56,072 bases of DNA from Patescibacteria group bacterium UBA3466 (GTDB lineage: Bacteria > Patescibacteriota > Minisyncoccia > Phycocordibacterales > UBA918), in assembly GCA_002378195.1 (NCBI GenBank), contig DFRJ01000003.1:98879-154950 (forward strand). Direction: 5' to 3'. The notes beneath the pieces were generated by a model. That model saw only the letters and a list, made by a program, of their open reading frames with translations. It was not told where the DNA came from and did not search any database. Of the stretch, positions 9,485 through 20,124 are shown piece after piece. A program made the position numbers and the translations under genes. How positions within the stretch are numbered: the stretch's first letter is position 1; every line of letters begins with the position of its first letter.

Positions 9485-10654
9485 TTATGAAAGTGAGCGA
9501 TTGCCGTCGGCTCGAATCACGTCAGTGCTGGTAGGAATCATGGCGCTATCAAGACGAGCATGACCAGCCAGAGCAATCATAATACTGTTGTCAGTTGAGA
9601 GGCCTGGTTGTGGGAAATAGACCGTTACGTCTTCGTCAGTAGCAAATACCTGTGTCTCCATCACGCGCTTGATGTGATGGTTGGCGCTCACTCCGCCACC
9701 TACAATTAAAGTTTTGGCACCGTGGTCGGTGATGGCTTTGATGGTTTTCTTTACCAGTACTCGTGTGACTGCGTCTTCAAAGTCGCGACATAGTCCGGCT
9801 TTGTCATAGTGAGACAGTTCTTTGTCAGCGACGGCGTAGCGAACGGCGGTCTTGAGGCCTGAGAAAGAAAAATCGAAATCGTCTGAGTGTAGCATGGGAG
9901 AGGGTAACTCAGCATATTCGGGGAAGTTTTTGCTGCGCGCTTCTTCGGCTAATTTAGCCACTTCTGGTCCACCAGGGTAGGGGATACCAATTAGGCGCGC
10001 GACTTTGTCGTAAGCTTCACCAACGGCATCATCGCGAGTCTGGCCTATTTTTTGGTAGTTAGACCAATCTTTCATGAGGACGAGTTCGGTGTGTCCGCCA
10101 GAAATAAGGAGAGAAATAGCCGGAAAATTTATGTCTGAAAGCTGATCGTCTCTTTCGGCGTCAAAGATACTGGCCAGGATGTGTCCTTCCATGTGATTTA
10201 CTGCCACAACTTTAGTGTCTGTGATCAGTGCCAGCGCTTTGGCAAAATTTACTCCCACCCAAAGAGCGGGTTCGAGTCCTGGTCCGCTGGTCACAGCAAT
10301 TAGATCTATTTCTGGCACGCCGTGTGTTTCACAAAATTCAATTAGCTGGTTTGCCAGGCCGGGTTCGCGTTCTAGTAGAGAGGTTACTTGGGTACGGACG
10401 GACTCATCCAACTGGTAGGTTTCAGTTTCAAAACCGGTCTCGGTGACCGCTTTTTCTAGCATAGGCACAATGGTGGCGGCGTGTTCGCGCTTGGCGAGCG
10501 CTGGGAAGACCCCGCCGTATTCTTTGTGAACATCAATTTGTGACCAAAGAGCATCTCCAACGATGTCGTAGGTAGCATGAGGAAAATCGCCGCCGGTAGA
10601 AATAATGCTGACAGCAGTTTCATCACATGAAGTCTCGATAGAAACAATAATCAT
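9485..10654 (-). CDS. tsaD: tRNA N6-threonylcarbamoyltransferase TsaD
   Basis: IETSCDET, NHMEGH, SGGHT, DDAVGEAYDK and TDN motifs. Confidence 0.95.
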   Translation of the reverse strand: MIIVSIETSCDETAVSIISTGGDFPHATYDIVGDALWSQIDVHKEYGGVFPALAKREHAATIVPMLEKAVTETGFETETYQLDESVRTQVTSLLEREPGLANQLIEFCETHGVPEIDLIAVTSGPGLEPALWVGVNFAKALALITDTKVVAVNHMEGHILASIFDAERDDQLSDINFPAISLLISGGHTELVLMKDWSNYQKIGQTRDDAVGEAYDKVARLIGIPYPGGPEVAKLAEEARSKNFPEYAELPSPMLHSDDFDFSFSGLKTAVRYAVADKELSHYDKAGLCRDFEDAVTRVLVKKTIKAITDHGAKTLIVGGGVSANHHIKRVMETQVFATDEDVTVYFPQPGLSTDNSIMIALAGHARLDSAMIPTSTDVIRADGNRSLS

Positions 10655-10749
10655 CTGGCTAATATACATGAGGATTGCCAAGATGCAAAAGATGTGTCGA
10701 AGGTGGATAGTCTAAAAAAATTATTTAATCTGATTGCTATAGTTATGTC

Positions 10750-11625
10750 ATGCAGACAATAGTGACACATGCCGGCAGTTTTGATCCCGACGATGTCTTG
10801 GCAGTGGCGGTTGTCACTATGTTTTTGGGGGAAGAAAAATGCGAAATTATCCGTAGTCGTGATCAAGTTGTGATCGATCAGGCGGACTGGGTAGTGGATG
10901 TGGGTGGAATTTATAAAAAAGAGAGAAAGCGATTTGATCACCACCAAGATGATGTGCCAGAGCGAGCCAACCATGTACCGTATTCATCTTTTGGCTTGGT
11001 CTGGGAGGAGCTGGGTGAAGAATTATGCGGATCGGCAGCGGTGGCGAAGAGAATTGAAGAAAAATTGGTGTATCCGATAGACGCCGCCGACAACAGTATG
11101 CAAGTGTGTTGTGATTGTGGAAACGGTATCAAAGCCTATGAGCTGTATGATGTAATCAATACCTACAAACCTGCTTGGGGCAGAGACGAAGATTTTTATA
11201 ATGGTTTTATGCGTGCAGTTTCATTTGCTCGCAAAATGATCAAGCGACAAATTGTGACTGAGAGAGGAGAATTGGCAATGTTGGAATACGCTAAGGGTGT
11301 AATTGATGCTTCTGAAAATAAAGAGGTGGTGGCCTTTGAAAAACCAGTGATTCGGCACGTTTTGGCAGAACTTCCTGATATTAAAGGCTTTGTGTCACCA
11401 GTGTTTGATCCGACTTCTTCAGATTGGATGGCGGTGACTGTACCAGTCAATAGTCGCAGCTTTACCAATCGAATGAGCTTTCCCGAGGAGTGGAGAGGTA
11501 AGTCATTGGAAGAGCTGCATGAGGTGACCGGTCTGTCCGGGGTAACTTTTTGTCACAAAGAGCTGTACTTCGTGGTTGCGTCTAGCAAGGAAGCGGCCCT
11601 GCAAGCGATTGCAGCGGCAAAATAA
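10750..11625 (+). CDS. MYG1 family exonuclease (UPF0160)
   Basis: TH.G.F..DD, DVGG, FDHHQ and F.H motifs. Confidence 0.88.
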   Translation: MQTIVTHAGSFDPDDVLAVAVVTMFLGEEKCEIIRSRDQVVIDQADWVVDVGGIYKKERKRFDHHQDDVPERANHVPYSSFGLVWEELGEELCGSAAVAKRIEEKLVYPIDAADNSMQVCCDCGNGIKAYELYDVINTYKPAWGRDEDFYNGFMRAVSFARKMIKRQIVTERGELAMLEYAKGVIDASENKEVVAFEKPVIRHVLAELPDIKGFVSPVFDPTSSDWMAVTVPVNSRSFTNRMSFPEEWRGKSLEELHEVTGLSGVTFCHKELYFVVASSKEAALQAIAAAK

Positions 11626-11663
11626 AACAGCCGGCCATCTTCGATGGCCGGCTGTTTTATTTT
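11619..11663. terminator. Bidirectional terminator
   Basis: AAAATAAAACAGCCGGCCATC-TTC-GATGGCCGGCTGTTTTATTTT between convergent MYG1 and tRNA-Val. Confidence 0.8.
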
Positions 11664-11692
11664 GTGACTGCTACATACGAACCAATACATAG

Positions 11693-11765
11693 TGTCCGAT
11701 ACAGGACTTGAACCTGTGACCTCTACAATGTCAATGTAGCGCTCTACCAGCTGAGCTAACCGGAC
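11693..11765 (-). tRNA. tRNA-Val(GAC)
   Basis: Anticodon arm CTACA-TTGACAT-TGTAG, T arm ACAGGTTCAAGTCCTGT. Confidence 0.95.
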
Positions 11766-11877
11766 TTATTTTTTGTGTTTGTTAGTATATCGTAAACCAA
11801 CTCTAGTGCAATAAACTTGACTTTATTAAAATTTAGTGTATTATATTCAACCCTTAGTTCTTTAATTGGTGATGTAA

Positions 11878-12186
11878 ATGATTGTACGTAAGGTAATTGA
11901 TCCTTATATCGCTTATCTCGAAGAAAAGCGAAATCATCTGATGGCTAGGCGTGAGTCAAAACTGGAAATTCTTAGAGAAGGGGGAGAGAGAGCTCTTCTT
12001 CATTCTAGACATGATATAACCAGAATTGACTTCGCTTTATTAAGGATTGATAAAAAGCAGTATGGACTTTGCCCAGATTGCGGTTGTGAGATTGAGGAGG
12101 CGAGACTCACTTCAGTTCCTGAGACGGTTTTCTGTGCTTCGTGCCAGTCTGACCGAGACAAGAAAAATAAGCACTTCAGGCATTAG
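11878..12186 (+). CDS. DksA/TraR family C4 zinc-finger protein
   Basis: AL.RI....YG.CPDCG.EI...RL...P....CASCQ. Confidence 0.85.
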   Translation: MIVRKVIDPYIAYLEEKRNHLMARRESKLEILREGGERALLHSRHDITRIDFALLRIDKKQYGLCPDCGCEIEEARLTSVPETVFCASCQSDRDKKNKHFRH

Positions 12187-12216
12187 TACGGCTAGCCTGA
12201 CCAACCGCATACTGGT

Positions 12217-12855
12217 TTAATCAGTATGCGGTTTATTTTTAATATAGTGTCGAACTATAAAGTTAAGATCATCTTCTTCCATTTTCTCAATTTCTTCATC
12301 ATGCATAAAATCTTCAGGGTAAAAGTCTATTGGGTAGCGACAAGAAATCATCTCAATGTCATTTAGTTCAATATGTCCTTTTGCAGCCCTCGAAAACTTT
12401 GCTGTTTCTGGCTTAAATGACCAAAGTTCATTCGTTTTTTCTACTGGATCATTTTGAGATAAATTATCCCCATTAAAACTTATGACGGTTTTAATGTGGT
12501 AATCAACATCTTTCCCGGCAAAACCTTCGACCATGGCTGTTCTGAAGCCATTTCCGCTTGACATGGTACAAATGTTTGCGTCGTTTTCTTCGTTTACGAG
12601 ATTTAGAGAGGTGTTGTTTTCTAGTAGCTCTATCAACCGACCAAAGCTTTCGTTACGACAAAATAAAGAGCTGTCATTTAGTATAGTGACTACATCAGGT
12701 TTATTTGCTTCAGTAAAACCTGATTTTTTTAAAATCGTCTCTAACTCGGTGAAAGTGCTCAGGTCTAAGCTCTCTCTTTCAAGAGACTTAAATCTATTAG
12801 TTAAAGTGTCATCTTTTTGTTTGTCAAAAGCATATTTTGGTGATTCCATATTCAT
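12217..12855 (-). CDS. Hypothetical protein
   Basis: Long AT-rich ORF, no recognised motif. Confidence 0.65.
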   Translation of the reverse strand: MNMESPKYAFDKQKDDTLTNRFKSLERESLDLSTFTELETILKKSGFTEANKPDVVTILNDSSLFCRNESFGRLIELLENNTSLNLVNEENDANICTMSSGNGFRTAMVEGFAGKDVDYHIKTVISFNGDNLSQNDPVEKTNELWSFKPETAKFSRAAKGHIELNDIEMISCRYPIDFYPEDFMHDEEIEKMEEDDLNFIVRHYIKNKPHTD

Positions 12856-12929
12856 AGTTATATGATGATAGCATAGCACTTTAATATTGTAAGAAAAGGT
12901 TATTTTAAACGTCACATACACCTTAGGGT

Positions 12930-14696
12930 ATGGATAAAAAATTGCCACAATCACAATTAGAAATTCCTAGTACACCGATACGGTTTTTTCTTTGCGTCAC
13001 TAAACCGTACAAATGGTGGGCAATCGCAGCAATCTTGGCTGTTGTTTCGGCTGCGTCTGCTAGCGTCTATTTACAACTCTTCATCGAGCAGATAGTTGAG
13101 AATATCGAACAAAATAAGGTTGAAATAGTTGTGTATTTGAGTTTGTTTTATCCCGTGTTGTATTTCTTCAGTCAAATGACTTGGCGCTTGAGCGGTTGGT
13201 GTGGGAGTTACTGGTTAATCGGTAGTAATACTACTGCAACGAATATTCTTTCGCGGTACCTAATGAATCATAGTCATCGGTACTTTGGCGATCGTTTTGC
13301 TGGTTCTCTGAGTAATAAGCTTTCAAATGTAGCTCGGTCCATGGAGGAGTTTGTGGCGATGTTTTTGTGGAATTTGTTAGAAAACACTGTTCCTCTTGTC
13401 CTCACGACGGTTATCTTTTGGCAGACTGATCCGTTACTAGGAATCTGTTTCGTCGGGCTGATTCTTTTTAGTTTGATTTTGAATATCGTATTAATGCCTC
13501 GAAAACGTAAGTTCTCATTAGCTTTGGCTGAAACAGAGTCTAAAACTACCGGTTTTATCGTAGATGTTATTACAAATATCTCTGCGGTGAGACAGTTTTC
13601 TAGGAGGGGTGACGAGTATTTTAGTGTACAAGAACATACCTCTGATGTGTACGGGAAAGGTCGTAGAAGTTTCATGTATTCCGAATATATGATGATTGTA
13701 AATTCTGTTGTATTTGCTGGATTTACACTATTTATGTTTATGGTCTTGTCCAATATGTGGGCTGCGGGAGAAGTGTCTTCGGGGAGGTTCGTTAGTTTCA
13801 TTCTTCTAACTACATATACGTCTGGAACATTTGTCATGTTGGGAAGAATTGTTAGTCAGGTTGCAAAAATGTATGGGCAAGCAGAAGATGGTCTTAATGA
13901 GCTAACTGTTTCTCACGAAGTGGTAGATATAGGAGGTGCAAAAGAATTGATGGTCAATAGCTCGACTATCGATTGGAAATCTGTTGGCTTTAAGTATGAA
14001 GGGCAAAAAGTATTCGATGATTTCAATCTTTCAATTGCTGCTGGTCAGCGTATTGGACTGGTTGGTCATTCTGGAGCCGGAAAAACTACCTTTGTTTCGC
14101 TGCTTCTGCGACAGCATGATATAGAGTCTGGATCAATCAAAATCGATGAACAGAATATTGCAGAAGTGAAGCAGGATTCCCTCCGTAAAGCGATAGCAGT
14201 TGTGCCTCAAGAGCCATTATTATTTCACCGCACCATTCGAGAGAATATTGCGTATGGTAAACCAGGCGCTACCGATGACGAAATAATTGAAGTGGCCAAG
14301 AAAGCCCAGGCGCATAATTTTATTACAGCGCTACCAGATAGTTACGACACCATGGTGGGTGAACGAGGTGTGAAATTGTCTGGTGGACAAAAACAGCGCG
14401 TGGCAATCGCGCGAGCGATGCTTAAAGACGCACCGATTTTGGTTCTTGATGAGGCCACTTCTGCGCTCGATAGTGAAAGTGAAGTATTGATTCAGCAAGC
14501 CCTTGAGAATTTGATGGAAGGCCGTACAGTGATTGCGGTAGCACACCGGCTCTCTACTTTACGAAAAATGGATAGAATTATTGTGATGGAAGAAGGTAGT
14601 ATCATTGAGGATGGAAATCACGAGCAGTTGAGTAAAGCGGGCGGTGTTTACGAAGCGCTATGGAATCACCAAGCGGGCGGCTTCTTGCAAGACTGA
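12930..14696 (+). CDS. ABC exporter, fused permease/ATPase
   Basis: TM domain, GHSGAGKT, LSGGQ and LDEATS motifs. Confidence 0.95.
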   Translation: MDKKLPQSQLEIPSTPIRFFLCVTKPYKWWAIAAILAVVSAASASVYLQLFIEQIVENIEQNKVEIVVYLSLFYPVLYFFSQMTWRLSGWCGSYWLIGSNTTATNILSRYLMNHSHRYFGDRFAGSLSNKLSNVARSMEEFVAMFLWNLLENTVPLVLTTVIFWQTDPLLGICFVGLILFSLILNIVLMPRKRKFSLALAETESKTTGFIVDVITNISAVRQFSRRGDEYFSVQEHTSDVYGKGRRSFMYSEYMMIVNSVVFAGFTLFMFMVLSNMWAAGEVSSGRFVSFILLTTYTSGTFVMLGRIVSQVAKMYGQAEDGLNELTVSHEVVDIGGAKELMVNSSTIDWKSVGFKYEGQKVFDDFNLSIAAGQRIGLVGHSGAGKTTFVSLLLRQHDIESGSIKIDEQNIAEVKQDSLRKAIAVVPQEPLLFHRTIRENIAYGKPGATDDEIIEVAKKAQAHNFITALPDSYDTMVGERGVKLSGGQKQRVAIARAMLKDAPILVLDEATSALDSESEVLIQQALENLMEGRTVIAVAHRLSTLRKMDRIIVMEEGSIIEDGNHEQLSKAGGVYEALWNHQAGGFLQD

Positions 14697-14707
14697 TTTA
14701 AACAATT

Positions 14708-15862
14708 CTAAATCCGATCGCAGGTGAATTCTCGTTGGTAGGTGCCGAGGCCGCCGGAAGGGTCGCTGATAATTAAACGAATATCTTGTTCGGGATTACG
14801 TTGGCAGATTTGTCGGTAGATATCAATAAAGACCCGACGTTCTGGGTAGGGGACGAGATTGAGATCGTCTTGAGACCAATGAATAAACCGGAGCTGATCT
14901 TCGATAGTGTGCTCTGAAAGAGTATGCAGAAAATCCACCTCACCAACTAAGGCTGCTTGAGGCACTTTGCCCGAATACAGTGACCAAGATAGATAGTGGT
15001 CAGTCAGGCCAACTAAATTACCAATCGGTAGCAGCCAAAATACAAACAGCATTGCCCAGGCCGCGTGACTTTTCTTGTTGCGGTTTATAAACTCTTTGAT
15101 ATCAAATTCATTATTCCAAAGTAGAATCAAAACTGTAATAGGAGTGATGATATTCCACGGCCAGACCGAGCTGTTCCAGTTGTGACCAAAAGGGCCTATA
15201 CTTAAAAGTATCAGAAGATGCATCGACAGAGCACTAAAGAGGGCTAGGCGACGGGTGCGTTTAAAAAATAGCCCTAGAGCAAAAGCTGCTTCTATAAATG
15301 GTACAAATAGACCAAAGAATAATACTGCCTGCAGTCCGGTCTCACCAAAATTACTCCATAGCGGCTCGGTAAACCAAGGAAAAATCTCACTCAAGAAACG
15401 CGGGTTCATTTTTTGTACCCCGCTCCAAAAGTACATCCCACCAATCACTATAATAGCTGCGTCTAGTACTTTGGTTGGATTCAGTAGTTTTTTATTTATG
15501 ACACTACTAAACAATATGAGTATGGCTAAGTAGTGCAGTACCCACGGCTGAAGGCGAGTGATATCGGCGGCGAGGAGTGTGATCAAGCCAGCCAGGCTGA
15601 CTGATAAAAAATGCTCTCGCCAGCTAAAGCGCAGCAAGCTAAGGCCGAGCGATATGATTACTATCAAGAACATTAAATCTGTAGCTAGCGGGCTGAGTTC
15701 GAAGCCTCGTAAGGTCGGACTGAGCGGATAGGTACGATCGGTAGACCACGCGTTTGGAGTAAGCAAGAGACCGGCTAAGAGTCCGGTGATAGAAATGTTT
15801 AGGAGCCAAAGGAGGCGATTGTTGTCGGTTAGAAATTCAGCTAGCTTGGAAATTAATTGCAT
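14708..15862 (-). CDS. Polytopic membrane protein (HTTM/DoxX-like)
   Basis: Multiple TM helices; RLQPW, YFWSG.QK and WN.SVWPWN motifs. Confidence 0.65.
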   Translation of the reverse strand: MQLISKLAEFLTDNNRLLWLLNISITGLLAGLLLTPNAWSTDRTYPLSPTLRGFELSPLATDLMFLIVIISLGLSLLRFSWREHFLSVSLAGLITLLAADITRLQPWVLHYLAILILFSSVINKKLLNPTKVLDAAIIVIGGMYFWSGVQKMNPRFLSEIFPWFTEPLWSNFGETGLQAVLFFGLFVPFIEAAFALGLFFKRTRRLALFSALSMHLLILLSIGPFGHNWNSSVWPWNIITPITVLILLWNNEFDIKEFINRNKKSHAAWAMLFVFWLLPIGNLVGLTDHYLSWSLYSGKVPQAALVGEVDFLHTLSEHTIEDQLRFIHWSQDDLNLVPYPERRVFIDIYRQICQRNPEQDIRLIISDPSGGLGTYQREFTCDRI

Positions 15863-15947
15863 GGTTCATAGTATAACTTGAAATAATTGTCTGTGGCCTA
15901 GATTGCACCAAAAAGGTAGGGGATTAAGCGAATATGTACAGGTAGAC

Positions 15948-15990
15948 TTGCCAAGACATGCAAAAAAGGTTAAAGTTCGGGTATACGAAC
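15948..15990 (+). promoter_or_regulatory. Promoter with an overlapping MntR/DtxR-type operator
   Basis: TTGCCA-17-TAAAGT; inverted repeat GTTCG-N6-CGAAC (15975-15990) just upstream of the regulator start. Confidence 0.6.
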
Positions 15991-15999
15991 AATCATTCA

Positions 16000-16425
16000 A
16001 TGATTACTCCTAATCTCAGTATCACAAAAGAAGATTACGTGCGGGCAATTTATACGCTCGAGGAAGCTTCTTTGGGTACCGGAGTGACGCAGATCGCCGA
16101 TAAGCTTAGTCTTAGCAAGTCATCAGTGTCAGAACGATTGAAGGATTTGGTTCGAGATGGCTTGGTGATTGCCGAGCCATATGCCGAAGTGAAATTAACA
16201 AAAGCGGGTCTTGATATTGGTAAGAAACTTACCTTCAAGCATCGCACAATTGAAGTGTTTTTAAATGATGTACTGAAAGTGCCGAAAGATCAGATTCATG
16301 AAGAAGCACATCGTCTAGAACACGCCTTTAGCGATGAGGTGATTCAGAGATTGGCAGATTTCTTGCATAATCCGACTAATGACCCTCATGGCTCAGAAAT
16401 ACCAAAAATTGATAATTGGAACTAA
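16000..16425 (+). CDS. mntR: MntR/DtxR family metal-dependent regulator
   Basis: EDY..AIY, wHTH, KHR..E.FL and EA.RLEH motifs. Confidence 0.88.
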   Translation: MITPNLSITKEDYVRAIYTLEEASLGTGVTQIADKLSLSKSSVSERLKDLVRDGLVIAEPYAEVKLTKAGLDIGKKLTFKHRTIEVFLNDVLKVPKDQIHEEAHRLEHAFSDEVIQRLADFLHNPTNDPHGSEIPKIDNWN

Positions 16426-16447
16426 CTTATTAAAACGAAACAGAATT

Positions 16448-17380
16448 ATGATTAAAAATTTAGTAATCGCTGGCCTTTTGGTGGTAATCGCCGTACTAGC
16501 ATTTCAGCGAAATGACGTATCACAACAAGCGCAGTTGCCAACCGCCGAGTCTGCTGAAGATAAGGTGGTGGTTCTTAGTACTTTCACTGTGATTGCCGAC
16601 ATGGTGAGTGAAATTGGCGGTGATAAGATTGACTCAAGATCAATCACTAAGCCGGGCGCGGAAATCCATGGCTACCAACCGACACCGAGTGATTTGGTGC
16701 AGGCTCAAGATGCGTCGATTATTTTTGAGAATGGTATGAATCTTGAATTGTGGACCGAGAAATTGCGAGCGAGTCTACCGGATGTGCCAGTGGTGCGGGT
16801 AAGTGATGGGGTAGAGGTGATTAATATTTCTTCTGATGCTTACGCTGGCAAGCCAAATCCACACGCTTGGATGTCGCCACAGCAAGGTCTGGTATACGTA
16901 GAAAATATTCGTCGCGAACTAACAAATATTTTGCCAGAGCACGAAGTGTATTTTAGGGAAAGAGCAGAGGATTACTCAGCTCGTATTCAGGAGCTCGATG
17001 AGAGATTGGCGGCTACGGTGGCTGATTTACCAGAAAATAACCGAGCGCTTGTGACGTGCGAAGGAGCTTTCTCATACCTAGCCAATGATTACGGGCTAGA
17101 TGAAATTTATCTCTGGGCCACCAACTCCGATAAACAAGGAACACCACAACAAGTGGCACGAGTGATTGAGGAGGTGAATAGTCGAAATATTCCAGCCGTG
17201 TTCTGTGAAAGTACTGTAGAACCACAATTGCAGAGTGAAGTAGCGGCAGCTACAGAGGCTGAGCTAGGTGGTCTGTTGTATGTTGATTCACTGTCAGAGG
17301 CTGATGGCCCTGCCACTAGCTACATCAACCTGCTAGAACACACTACTAATATTATTGTGGCTGGTTTAACTAAAAGCTAA
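16448..17380 (+). CDS. Mn/Fe ABC transporter substrate-binding protein (MntC/SitA-like)
   Basis: EIH.Y.PTP, NPHAW and EGAFSY motifs. Confidence 0.92.
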   Translation: MIKNLVIAGLLVVIAVLAFQRNDVSQQAQLPTAESAEDKVVVLSTFTVIADMVSEIGGDKIDSRSITKPGAEIHGYQPTPSDLVQAQDASIIFENGMNLELWTEKLRASLPDVPVVRVSDGVEVINISSDAYAGKPNPHAWMSPQQGLVYVENIRRELTNILPEHEVYFRERAEDYSARIQELDERLAATVADLPENNRALVTCEGAFSYLANDYGLDEIYLWATNSDKQGTPQQVARVIEEVNSRNIPAVFCESTVEPQLQSEVAAATEAELGGLLYVDSLSEADGPATSYINLLEHTTNIIVAGLTKS

Positions 17381-17382
17381 AT

Positions 17383-18123
17383 ATGCAAAAAATTGCCATT
17401 TCACTCAAAGACGTGACCGTTGATTACGGCAGCAAAGTAGCTCTAAAAAATGCTTCTATTGACATCCCTTTTAATACTTTTACCGGTGTGATTGGGATGA
17501 ATGGGGCGGGTAAATCTACTATGTTCAAGGTGATCATGGGCTTAATCAAGCCCAAGAGTGGTGATGTGACAATTTGTGATGATCCGGTTCGAATTGCGCA
17601 AAAGCACGGTCATGTTGCTTATGTGCAACAGTCAGAAGAGGTGGACTGGGATTTCCCGGTGTCGGTCAGTGACGTGGTAATGATGGGGCGCTTGGGAAGT
17701 CAGAATCTTTTCAAGACCCCAACCGCTGAAGACGACCGGTATGTGACGGATGCTCTAAAGCAGGTCAATATGCTTGATCACAAAGACTTCCAGATCGGTG
17801 AGTTGTCTGGCGGACAAAAAAAGCGGGTCTTCGTGGCTCGAGCCTTGGCTCAAGGGGCAGACATCTTACTTTTAGACGAGCCATTTGCTGGCTTGGATGC
17901 CGCTAGCGAGCGGGCCTTGATTCAACTGTTTGTTGAGCTAAAGAAAGCAGGGAAGACGATTGTGCTGGCAACTCATGATTTGTTGTCGTTACCAGATACT
18001 TGTGATCAGGTGGCCATGATTCGTCATACGGTAGTGGCGCACGGCCCTACGAAAGAAGTCTTTACAAAAGAACGAGTCGAGCAAACTTTTGACGGTATGC
18101 TTCATAACCTTAAATTTGATTAG
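17383..18123 (+). CDS. Mn/Fe ABC transporter ATP-binding protein
   Basis: GMNGAGKST, LSGGQ and LDEP motifs. Confidence 0.92.
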   Translation: MQKIAISLKDVTVDYGSKVALKNASIDIPFNTFTGVIGMNGAGKSTMFKVIMGLIKPKSGDVTICDDPVRIAQKHGHVAYVQQSEEVDWDFPVSVSDVVMMGRLGSQNLFKTPTAEDDRYVTDALKQVNMLDHKDFQIGELSGGQKKRVFVARALAQGADILLLDEPFAGLDAASERALIQLFVELKKAGKTIVLATHDLLSLPDTCDQVAMIRHTVVAHGPTKEVFTKERVEQTFDGMLHNLKFD

Positions 18124-18126
18124 ACT

Positions 18127-18957
18127 ATGCCAATAATTGATTTCATTTTAGAACCACTACAATACTCCTTCATGCTGAAGGCGGTGGTGGTGTCGGTGGT
18201 AGTTGGTATTACACTAGCGATTATGTCTTGCTTTTTGATTTTAAAGAGTTGGGCGCTTTTGGGAGACGCTATTTCACACGCAGTTTTACCGGGAGTGGTG
18301 TTGGCTTATATGGTCGGTATTCCGTTTGGTTTAGGGGCTTTTATTGCCGCCATGCTAGCGGTGGTTCTAATTGGTTATGTAAAAAATAATACTAAGATCA
18401 AAGAGGATGCAGTGATGGGTATTGTATTTACCACGTTTTTTGCATTTGGTTTGATGTTGATTTCAAAAGTGATCAGCTCGACTGATCTGACCCACGTCTT
18501 GTTTGGAGAAGTGCTTGGTATTTCAGACTCTGAAGCCTGGTACACAGTCATCACTTTAGCTTTAGTGTCGTTGGTGGTGGTTATGTTTAGACGCATTTTT
18601 ACCGTTTTTTGCTTTGATCCAACTCATGCCAAAGTAGTCGGCTTGCCAATGGGGCTTGTACACTATTTGTTTTTAGGACTTTTGGCTGTTGCGATTACCG
18701 GCTCAATACAAACTGTGGGAATCGTCTTGGTAATCGCTATGCTGATTACGCCAGGTTCTACAGCCTTCTTACTTACCAAGAAATTCAATGTGATGATTGT
18801 CATCTCCATCTTGGTTAGTGTGTTTAGTTCGGTGGTTGGGGCATATAGTAGTTACTACTTCGATATCGCCACTGGCGGAACTATAGTCTTTGTACAAGGC
18901 GTCATCTTTTTATTAACGATGCTTTATGTACAGCTAGTACCAGCGCGATACCGCTAA
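18127..18957 (+). CDS. Mn/Fe ABC transporter permease
   Basis: GDAISHAVLPG (ABC-3 family). Confidence 0.92.
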   Translation: MPIIDFILEPLQYSFMLKAVVVSVVVGITLAIMSCFLILKSWALLGDAISHAVLPGVVLAYMVGIPFGLGAFIAAMLAVVLIGYVKNNTKIKEDAVMGIVFTTFFAFGLMLISKVISSTDLTHVLFGEVLGISDSEAWYTVITLALVSLVVVMFRRIFTVFCFDPTHAKVVGLPMGLVHYLFLGLLAVAITGSIQTVGIVLVIAMLITPGSTAFLLTKKFNVMIVISILVSVFSSVVGAYSSYYFDIATGGTIVFVQGVIFLLTMLYVQLVPARYR

Positions 18958-18981
18958 CTATAAATACGCAAAAGCGTTTCA

Positions 18982-19353
18982 CTAAAGTGAAACGCTTTTG
19001 TTTAATTCTACCGCCAACTCCTCATCGGAATAAATAATCATTCCGCCTTTTAGAATGTAGTGATAGTGATCTTGGATAGAGAATTTCTGCACTCGGATAC
19101 CGAATTCATTTGGTACGTTAGTTTGGGAAAATGGGATGCCCGTGGTGGTGGTACCAAATACTTCTCGTTCTGGAGTGACATAAAATGTGTCAGGTTCAGG
19201 GTGTGGCATGGTGTGCCAGTTCTCTTGGTTTAATCTTACTTCGCTTTTTTGGTTTGGCTCGATCTCAATTGCTTCATTGGCATTAATGGTCTGTGGTAGG
19301 AGAATCAATGTCAGTGTCATGATGAGAGAGCTAAGTAGTACTTTCTTAAACAT
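18982..19353 (-). CDS. Secreted hypothetical protein
   Basis: Signal peptide MFKKVLL...INA. Confidence 0.65.
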   Translation of the reverse strand: MFKKVLLSSLIMTLTLILLPQTINANEAIEIEPNQKSEVRLNQENWHTMPHPEPDTFYVTPEREVFGTTTTGIPFSQTNVPNEFGIRVQKFSIQDHYHYILKGGMIIYSDEELAVELNKSVSL

Positions 19354-19505
19354 GGTGTGTTTATTAAGTGCTGACTTAGAGTCTCGGCTGATTGCATTGG
19401 TGGAGGATCACTGGATGTGACCGTAGTAATTAGTCTGACTCAATCTTGATTCATTGCTGAATCAGTCAACGTTGGATAATTGTGATTGATAGAACTAAAG
19501 AACAA

Positions 19506-20039
19506 TTAATTTATGGTGTGCAGGGTGATGTGGTCTGGTGTTGGGTTGGCAAACATTTGCACAACAAACCAGCCTTCTTTTTCATGCAAGGTGCCATAAG
19601 TAATGCCAATACCGGTTTCGGTATATTCAGCATTGAGCATATTTGCTTGGTGTGATGGTGAGTTATACCACGCGTTTACTAGTGTCTCGACGTCGCTAAA
19701 GTGAGCTGCGAGATTTTCTCCAGCGTAGTAATAACGATAATCTGCTTCAGTGATAAAGTCCCAAAATCGTTCGTTGTTAGGACCAATGTGACTAAAGTAT
19801 GCTTGCTCAGCCATGTCGGTGGCTTTGTTTTGAGCAGCGGCTTCTAGTTGTGAGTTAAGAGTTAGGGGAGCTAGTCCATCCTTGGCTCGTACCTCATTTA
19901 CTTTTTCGATAACTTCCATTTGGCTGAAAGGAAGTTCTTCTGTGGTGGGATTGTACGCTTCTACGTGTACCTGCGCTTGTAGGCTGATGAAGGCTATCAA
20001 CAGTAGGCCTACTAAGCGGCTGCAACTTTTGATAAACAT
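19506..20039 (-). CDS. Secreted CAP (SCP/Tpx-1/Ag5) domain protein
   Basis: N..R...GL, YFSH, GENLA, W.NS.SH..N and VQ.F motifs. Confidence 0.9.
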   Translation of the reverse strand: MFIKSCSRLVGLLLIAFISLQAQVHVEAYNPTTEELPFSQMEVIEKVNEVRAKDGLAPLTLNSQLEAAAQNKATDMAEQAYFSHIGPNNERFWDFITEADYRYYYAGENLAAHFSDVETLVNAWYNSPSHQANMLNAEYTETGIGITYGTLHEKEGWFVVQMFANPTPDHITLHTIN

Positions 20040-20124
20040 ACGCGATGTGTATCGTGATGCAGCGTAGCTGGCACTTCTCTTTGTATTTTGTTTTCAGTCA
20101 CTCAGCAAGAGTGAGACAAATATT

